A stretch of DNA of 64,000 nt from an uncultured Candidatus Saccharibacteria bacterium (lineage in GTDB: Bacteria > Patescibacteriota > Minisyncoccia > Phycocordibacterales > EsbW-18), in assembly GCA_964478705.1 (NCBI GenBank), contig CAYZIR010000004.1, forward strand, positions 2,905 through 66,904. The letters are read 5' to 3'. The notes below the pieces were generated by a model, which was given only the letters and a program-made list of their open reading frames with translations, made no database searches and was not told where the DNA came from. Position numbers and translations under genes: made by a program. Below are positions 57,574 to 64,000 of this stretch, in pieces. Each line of letters opens with the position of its first letter. Within the stretch, counting starts at the first letter, position 1.

Positions 57574-58443
57574 ATGAAAACACTCATGGAATCAGTCGTG
57601 GAAGCACGATCGCGTGGCGTTGCGGTCGGACACTTTAACGTTGCGAATGTGGACATGTTGAACGCAATTGTCTCGGCTGCACAAGAAGCGGGTGAGCCGG
57701 TCATCATCGGCGCATCGGAGGGGGAGCGCGATGCAATTGGTATCAAAACACTCGTATCACTCATTGCGGAAATCAACAAAACAAGTTCCGTACCGATTTA
57801 CCTAAATGCCGATCACACCTACTCGGTTGAGCGCGTGAAAGAAGCGATTGACGCTGGGTTTGATGCAGTGATTTTTGATGGCGCAAAACTTTCATTCGAT
57901 GAGAACCTTACGCAAACCAAAGAATGTGTCGCGTATGCACGTGCCTCTGGTCGAAATGTGATTGTCGAAGCAGAACTCGGATTCATTGGCGCGGGGTCGC
58001 AACTCCTCGACGCCATTCCTGAAGGCGCTGCGATTACGGAAGACATGATGACCTCAATTCCTGACGCCGTGAAGTTTGTCACTGAAACCGGCATTGATAT
58101 GTTTGCGCCTGCGGTTGGAAATATTCATGGAATGCTTAAGAATGCTGCAAACCCACGTCTCTCGGTTACTCGTGTTAAAGAGATCGCGGATGCAACCGGT
58201 GTGCCGCTGGTGCTTCATGGCGGCTCGGGTACAACAGATGATGACTTTGTGAATGCTATCAAAGCGGGTATCGGCATTGTTCACGTCTCAACAGAGCTTC
58301 GCCGAGCGTATCGCCAAGGATTGATGCAGGGACTTACCGAAAACCCAGACGAGATGGCGCCATACAAATATATGAAGCAGGCGAATCAAGCGGTTCGCGC
58401 GACAACCATCGCACGCATCAAGCTCTTTGCGGGGAAAGCATAG
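57574..58443 (+). CDS. fba: Class II fructose-bisphosphate aldolase
   Basis: HFN, LNADH, VEAELG, GNIHG, LVLHGGSG. Confidence 0.92.
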   Translation: MKTLMESVVEARSRGVAVGHFNVANVDMLNAIVSAAQEAGEPVIIGASEGERDAIGIKTLVSLIAEINKTSSVPIYLNADHTYSVERVKEAIDAGFDAVIFDGAKLSFDENLTQTKECVAYARASGRNVIVEAELGFIGAGSQLLDAIPEGAAITEDMMTSIPDAVKFVTETGIDMFAPAVGNIHGMLKNAANPRLSVTRVKEIADATGVPLVLHGGSGTTDDDFVNAIKAGIGIVHVSTELRRAYRQGLMQGLTENPDEMAPYKYMKQANQAVRATTIARIKLFAGKA

Positions 58444-58529
58444 GAAACTAAGAGAACCTCAAAATGGCTTGATTCTAGGGCGACTTTGTGCCATTATGGC
58501 GCTATCGCTCAATCACTTGAGCTTTTTCT

Positions 58530-59186
58530 ATGACAAATCTCACTATCGAACAACGAGACGCCAAGGCATCGCTTGATGCGCTCCGCAAGGCAGGGAAAAT
58601 CCCGGCTGTTTTTTACGGTCCGAAAGAAGAGGCAACGCCGATTGCTGTTGATGCAAAAGAGTTCGGTAAGGTGCTCAAAGAAGCTGGTGAATCAACCGTC
58701 GTTACACTTGAGGGCGTTGGCGAGTCAAAAGACGTGATGATTCACGATATTGATCACAACCCAGTGTCCGGTGCAGTCGTGCACGTTGACTTTTATGTTA
58801 TCGAGAAGGGTAAGAAAGTTCGCACACACGTTCCTCTTGAATTCATCGGCGAAGCGCCAGCAGTCAAGTCACTTGGTGGTACGCTTATGAAAGTGCTTCA
58901 CGAAGTTGAAATCGAAGCGATGCCAAAAAATCTCCCACACGGCATTGATGTTGATATTTCAGTTCTTGCAACATTCGCCGATCATATCGCTATCAAAGAC
59001 TTGCGTGTACCAGAAGGTGTTGAAATCTTGAATGCACCGGACGATACCATTGCATCGGTCGCACAGCCGAAAGAGGAAGTTGAAGAGCCAGTCGCAGCAA
59101 TCGACATGGAATCGATTGAAGTTGAGAAGAAGGGCAAGCAGGAAGAAGGGGGCGCGGAGGCTACTCCCGAAGAGACGAAAGAATAA
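58530..59186 (+). CDS. rplY: 50S ribosomal protein L25/Ctc
   Basis: LRKAGKIPAVFYG, HVDFY, VPL.F.GEAPAVK..GG, P.NLP; acidic tail. Confidence 0.95.
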   Translation: MTNLTIEQRDAKASLDALRKAGKIPAVFYGPKEEATPIAVDAKEFGKVLKEAGESTVVTLEGVGESKDVMIHDIDHNPVSGAVVHVDFYVIEKGKKVRTHVPLEFIGEAPAVKSLGGTLMKVLHEVEIEAMPKNLPHGIDVDISVLATFADHIAIKDLRVPEGVEILNAPDDTIASVAQPKEEVEEPVAAIDMESIEVEKKGKQEEGGAEATPEETKE

Positions 59187-59304
59187 CAAACGCGGACAGA
59201 ACGCAGAACAACGCGGAACACTCCCAGAGATGGGAGTGTTTTCATTTCATACAAAACACACGGTCTTATTCGCGCGAATAAGACCGTGTATATGAGGGCT
59301 TGCG

Positions 59305-59694
59305 TTATTTCTTTTCGAGTAACATGACAGGACGTCCGTCGGGGTCAGCGACATAGACGAACTTCATATCTCCACGTTGCACTACGTCTTTCCGCCAATC
59401 TCCATAGGACTCGATGTTTCGGAGCGTCTCCTCGATTGAAGACACTTCAACCATCAACGCATCACGCCTGAACGTTGGTGAAGCGGTGTAGATTTCGACC
59501 ACAATGTCGGAAGACATGGGATGTACTTCGAAGTGAAGCGGTCCACCATGTTGGTGTTCGTTTAAAGTGAATCCGAGTGCCTCGTAGAATGTGGCGGTGT
59601 CTTGTCGGCTTGATGCTCGTAGAACGATTCCGGCAAATTGTGTAGTCACGACTCCTCCATGCGCATGCGTGCTGTTCCGGAGCAATCTTACCAT
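59305..59694 (-). CDS. VOC/glyoxalase-family protein
   Basis: FYEALG....EQHGGPLHF, DPDGRPVML. Confidence 0.8.
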   Translation of the reverse strand: MVRLLRNSTHAHGGVVTTQFAGIVLRASSRQDTATFYEALGFTLNEHQHGGPLHFEVHPMSSDIVVEIYTASPTFRRDALMVEVSSIEETLRNIESYGDWRKDVVQRGDMKFVYVADPDGRPVMLLEKK

Positions 59695-59766
59695 TTCTTG
59701 GCACCAAAGAAACAGTTACATATGCTACGCAAAGAGATGCTTTTAATGTGCTACGATTAAGGTTCT

Positions 59767-61179
59767 ATGTTTGGGAGAGTTCATTTTTATGTCAGAGGTT
59801 TTTTCGTGCTTCTCCTGCTCGGAGTAGTGTTTGTGACGACGTTTGCCGTTGCTCTGCCGTCTGACGCCTATGCAGCACGTTCCAAGGAAGAGCAGGATGC
59901 ACGCGATGAGCGGGAGGCGATTGAGGAGCATGAGCGTGAACTTCAAGCGCAACTTGAAGCGAAGATGAAAGAAATCGCACAACTCTCTGTGTATGCCGAC
60001 CAGAAGAGTCAGGAGCGCGTGTCTTTGGAGCGGGATGTTGCACTCCTTGAAGCGGATATCAAAAAGGCACAGCTTGAGATTCAAGCAAGCACCATCAAAA
60101 TCAATCAGCTCTCAGGCGAGATTCATGAACGCACCAACACCATCGTGGCGCTTTCAGAAAAGTATGACCGCCAGAAAGCACAACTCGCGAACCTGATTCG
60201 CACCACCAACGAAATTGATGACTATTCGTTGGTTGAAGTGGCACTTTCCAAAGAAAATATCTCCGAGTTTTTTGAAGACCTCGATTCGTTCGATGCCATC
60301 TCTGTATCGCTTCAAGAATCGTTCCGCGATATCGAAGTGACGAAGGCGGACACTGAAGTTGAGAAAAAGTCACTTGAAGGCGCAAAGAAGAAGGAAGTTG
60401 ATCTTAAATATGTGCAGGAGGTCGAGCGATCAAAAATCGAACAGCAGGAAGCGGAGAAAGAAAGTATTTTGACGGTCACGAAAGGGCAAGAAGCGGTGTA
60501 TCAGCAGATTCTCCAACAGAAACGCGCAGAAGCGGCACGCATCAGCGCACAACTCTTCGCACTTCGCGACACCGAAGGCATCAAATTCGGTGACGCGCTC
60601 GAGTATGCGCGCGAAGCGTCAAGACTGACCGGCGTGCGCACAGCATTTCTCCTTGGAATTCTTAAACAAGAGACCGACATCGGTAACAATCTTGGCTCGT
60701 GCGTGATTTCGGATTTGAAGTCGGGCGAGACTCGAAGCGTTACAAGCGGAACGGTGTACGCAAATGGTATCCACCCGACCCGCGATCTTCCGATTTTCCA
60801 AACACTGATGGATACACTCGGTCGCGAACCACTTTCCACTCGTGTGTCATGTCCGTGGGGGGGAGGATATGGTGGTGCGATGGGTCCTGCACAGTTTATT
60901 CCTTCAACATGGAACGGATACATCGCTCGACTCGAAGGTATCCTTGACGAATATCCTGACCCATGGAATCCACGCCATGCATTCATTGCATCAGCGGTGT
61001 TCTTGGCTGACTTGGGTGCGGGAGCAGGTGGGTACAGTGCAGAACATGAAGCAGCAGCACGCTACTACGCAGGAGGAAACTGGCAGACCGCAGGGCAGGG
61101 CTATGCGAACAGTGTGCTGAACCATGCACAAACCATCCAAACAACAATGATTGATCCGATTGAAGATGCAGAGGACTAG
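59767..61179 (+). CDS. Secreted coiled-coil protein with a C-terminal lytic transglycosylase domain
   Basis: Signal peptide, long coiled coil, GIL.QET, GGAMGPAQFIPSTW, DPWNP. Confidence 0.87.
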   Translation: MFGRVHFYVRGFFVLLLLGVVFVTTFAVALPSDAYAARSKEEQDARDEREAIEEHERELQAQLEAKMKEIAQLSVYADQKSQERVSLERDVALLEADIKKAQLEIQASTIKINQLSGEIHERTNTIVALSEKYDRQKAQLANLIRTTNEIDDYSLVEVALSKENISEFFEDLDSFDAISVSLQESFRDIEVTKADTEVEKKSLEGAKKKEVDLKYVQEVERSKIEQQEAEKESILTVTKGQEAVYQQILQQKRAEAARISAQLFALRDTEGIKFGDALEYAREASRLTGVRTAFLLGILKQETDIGNNLGSCVISDLKSGETRSVTSGTVYANGIHPTRDLPIFQTLMDTLGREPLSTRVSCPWGGGYGGAMGPAQFIPSTWNGYIARLEGILDEYPDPWNPRHAFIASAVFLADLGAGAGGYSAEHEAAARYYAGGNWQTAGQGYANSVLNHAQTIQTTMIDPIEDAED

Positions 61180-61271
61180 ACCATTTCGTTTTTTTTACGC
61201 GCGACTATCAGAGAAAACAGGGTGGTTGTGTGTATAATAGATGTATTGTTCGTTCAGCTAGGTATCACTCC

Positions 61272-64000
61272 ATGAAGAAATTATTTTCATTTTTCACCAT
61301 TTTTGCTCTCGTCGTTTCTGTGATGCCATCAGTGACACTTGCAGCGGCACACTCATGGAGTGAGATACATCCAGTAGAAGTTGCTCCCAACAACTGGGTG
61401 GCCATTGATTCTGACGATGATGGTTCAAATCTTATTGCTATCGCCAACAACAGTCGCCTCTACACCTCATCAAATGCTGGGGTAACGTGGGTTGAGCGAC
61501 AGCCGGCAGGAGATAATAATTATCAATGGCAGGGAGTTGCTTCCGACGCCGACGGCTCGAACCTAATTGCTGTACGAAGTACGGTGATTTATACATCAGA
61601 TGACAGTGGTGCAACATGGACGGTGCGCGATCCAGGTGCTGTGGAACCACTGTGGCGTCCGGTCGCTTCCGACGCCGACGGTTCGACGCTCCTTGTTGCT
61701 GATATCTCGAACGGTGATCTATACCTGTCGACTGATAGTGGGGAGAACTGGACCGAAACAGAGCCGGTAGCGGCGACGATGGTTTCTTTTCTTGGTCTCG
61801 CTTCCGACGCCGACGGCTCGAATCTGATTGTTGTTTCGAATGAATATGGGGTATTTACATCAAGTAACGGTGGCACGAACTGGACCGAACGTGCACCAAC
61901 TGGTAACGCGGTTGATGGTGGATGGCGATCAGCAGCATCAGATGCTGATGGTTCATCCCTTGTTGTGTCTGGTGATAGTGGGTATCTTTATACTTCGAGT
62001 AACAGTGGTGCAAACTGGACACTCCGTGAGCCAGAAGGCCCCTCAAACACTAATTGGGTATGGGTTGATATGGGCTCCGATGGTTCTGCAATAATCGCTG
62101 GACCTGGCAATGGAAACACAGGCTCTCCATATACCTCAGCGGATGGGGGAGCAACGTGGTTCGAAGAGGAGCCCAACAACGAACTTGAGACGGGTTGGAT
62201 TGTTACTTCTGATGCAGATGGATCACATCTGTTGGTTGTTGCCTTAAATGACTCACCAGACTCGATCTACAGGGCGCCAGACAGTATTGCGCCCGCGATG
62301 ACTTCTCGTGATCCGGTGGATGATTCTACGGAGGTAGTACTAAGTCCGCAGTTCACCCTTTCGTTTAACGAGGACGTTGCGACATCAACCGGTGATATAA
62401 CACTCCACCTTGCTTCTGATGACAGCACGGCTGAGACGTTGAGTATTGCCTCCACGTCGGTTTCTATTGATGGGAATGCTCTTAGTTTTACCTTTGCTAC
62501 AAGGCTTGAGCGCGAGACGGACTACTACATCCTTATTGACGAAGGAGCAATCGAGGATATGTATGGGAATTCATTTGCAGGGATTGATGATGAAACCACA
62601 TGGAATTTCACTACGATTCCGCCATTTGCTATTACTTCTTTCGATCCTGAGGACGATGAGGATAATGTATCTGCAAACAAAACTGATTACACTGTCCACT
62701 TCAACGAAAGCGTTTTTTTAGGAAGCGGTTTCTTTACGCTCAAGAAAGCAAGCGATGACAGCACGGTGCAAACATTCGATGTTTCTGATGAAGAACAGGT
62801 TTCTCTCTCTGATACAGCTCTGTATCTTGACCTTACTCCCCCGCTCGAATACGGCACAGACTACTATATTCTTTTGGATGCGGGTGCAATCGAAGATGAA
62901 GGGGGGAACCCGTTTACCGGCATCAACGATGAGACAACATGGAACTTTACAACCGAAGATGAGCCACTACCGCTCGCATTCGAGTTTGAGCGTGTGAGCC
63001 TCAACGAAATCGGGGAACAGGTCTTCGACCCTAACCGAAATCCAAGCATATCTGCAGACGGCCGGTATGTTGCATTTGAATCAGGATCCGACGGGATTGT
63101 TTCTGACGATACCAATGGGGCCGCTGATATCTTCGTGTACGACCGGACACTCGATACTGTTGAGATAGTAAGTGTTAGTGATGAAGGAGAGGAAGGAAAT
63201 GAAAACTCTCAAAACCCCACCATTGCTCCGGACGGCCATTATGTGGCATTTCAGTCAGCTTCAGACAACCTCGTCCCTGATGATACCAATGACAAAATCG
63301 ATGTCTTCGTTTTTGACCTTGATACTGACACGATAGAGCGTGTCAGTATCGGCGATCTTGGAGAAGAGGGAAACAATGTCTCTCAACGACCGTCACTTTC
63401 TGGAGACGGTCGCTATGTTGCTTTTTCTTCAACCGCGACCAACATTGTTGATGATGATACGAACGGCGCGAGCGATATTTTCGTCTATGATCGTGATACG
63501 GACACCGTACAACGTCTCAGTGTGAACAGTGAAGGGGAAGAGGGAGATGCTACCTCCCTCCAGCCGTTCATTTCTTCCGACGGTCGTTACGTGACTTTCC
63601 GATCAAATTCAACCAATCTTGTTGATGATGACACCAATGATGTAACCGATACGTTTGTCTTTGACCTTGATACTGACACGATAGAGCGTGTCAGTATCGG
63701 CGATCTTGGAGAAGAGGGAGATGGCGATTCATTTAGTGATGGCATCTCAGATGATGGGCGGTATGTCCTTTTTGCTTCGGAAGCATCGAATCTTGATGAG
63801 GATTGTACAAACGGCATAGGCGACCTCTTTGTCTATGATCGAACTGACGATTTCATCGAGTGTCTCACGGGTGTTCATGGTGTAGAAAATTCATTTGTGA
63901 ACGGTGGCGACATATCAAGTGACGGCTCGCTGGTCGTCTATGGGTTGTATGACGAAAACGAAACATACGCGCATATATACCTCTATGATAGAAACGCTGA
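61272..64000 (+). CDS. Large secreted protein (partial): Asp-box/BNR propeller, two Ig-like (Big_5-type) domains, TolB-like propeller repeats
   Basis: Absent from the ORF track because there is no stop in the window. MKKLFSFF signal peptide; YTS.D.GATW repeats; ISADGRYVAF..DDTN..DIFV.D repeats; frame consistent to 64000. Confidence 0.85.
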   Translation, partial: MKKLFSFFTIFALVVSVMPSVTLAAAHSWSEIHPVEVAPNNWVAIDSDDDGSNLIAIANNSRLYTSSNAGVTWVERQPAGDNNYQWQGVASDADGSNLIAVRSTVIYTSDDSGATWTVRDPGAVEPLWRPVASDADGSTLLVADISNGDLYLSTDSGENWTETEPVAATMVSFLGLASDADGSNLIVVSNEYGVFTSSNGGTNWTERAPTGNAVDGGWRSAASDADGSSLVVSGDSGYLYTSSNSGANWTLREPEGPSNTNWVWVDMGSDGSAIIAGPGNGNTGSPYTSADGGATWFEEEPNNELETGWIVTSDADGSHLLVVALNDSPDSIYRAPDSIAPAMTSRDPVDDSTEVVLSPQFTLSFNEDVATSTGDITLHLASDDSTAETLSIASTSVSIDGNALSFTFATRLERETDYYILIDEGAIEDMYGNSFAGIDDETTWNFTTIPPFAITSFDPEDDEDNVSANKTDYTVHFNESVFLGSGFFTLKKASDDSTVQTFDVSDEEQVSLSDTALYLDLTPPLEYGTDYYILLDAGAIEDEGGNPFTGINDETTWNFTTEDEPLPLAFEFERVSLNEIGEQVFDPNRNPSISADGRYVAFESGSDGIVSDDTNGAADIFVYDRTLDTVEIVSVSDEGEEGNENSQNPTIAPDGHYVAFQSASDNLVPDDTNDKIDVFVFDLDTDTIERVSIGDLGEEGNNVSQRPSLSGDGRYVAFSSTATNIVDDDTNGASDIFVYDRDTDTVQRLSVNSEGEEGDATSLQPFISSDGRYVTFRSNSTNLVDDDTNDVTDTFVFDLDTDTIERVSIGDLGEEGDGDSFSDGISDDGRYVLFASEASNLDEDCTNGIGDLFVYDRTDDFIECLTGVHGVENSFVNGGDISSDGSLVVYGLYDENETYAHIYLYDRNA
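63312..63719 (+). repeat. Exact 60-bp direct repeat (63312-63371 and 63660-63719) inside the CDS
   Basis: TTTGACCTTGATACTGACACGATAGAGCGTGTCAGTATCGGCGATCTTGGAGAAGAGGGA occurs twice. Confidence 0.9.

Noticed and set aside
1-64000. CRISPR array or integron
   Set aside because: No regularly spaced 25-45 bp repeats with unique spacers, no cas or intI genes, no recurring attC-like site.

Overview
Chromosomal segment of a small-genome bacterium using code 11. The gene set (VirB4-like ATPase with a disordered tail, split transketolase, lamin-tail/PKD and S74 surface proteins, coiled-coil SLT) suggests a Patescibacteria/CPR (Parcubacteria-like) lineage; this is an inference. Contents: tRNA-Leu(CAG); cell-wall genes (alr, PgeF/YfiH-like, Mpl/MurC-like, murB, two lytic transglycosylases); an 18 kb surface-glycan locus (14.5-32.5 kb); large surface proteins; secA, obgE, gatB, rplY; and a glycolysis/pentose-phosphate cluster. 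The most unusual signals are non-coding or below the ORF-track threshold: (1) two large, highly structured RNAs (about 263 and 370 nt), each with its own promoter and terminator, flanking obgE; (2) an ~80 nt small RNA whose two single-stranded arms are complementary to the hairpin of the murB 5' leader 5 kb away; (3) a four-helix-bundle gene bracketed by inverted heptamer arrays inside rpiB-rpe, with related heptamer tracts elsewhere; (4) a 15-codon ORF ending in a 14-nt complement of the 16S rRNA 3' end; (5) a 33-aa histone-H1-like peptide; (6) a split between leaderless core genes and SD-led orphan cassettes. All calls were made by eye; no database searches or folding programs were run.
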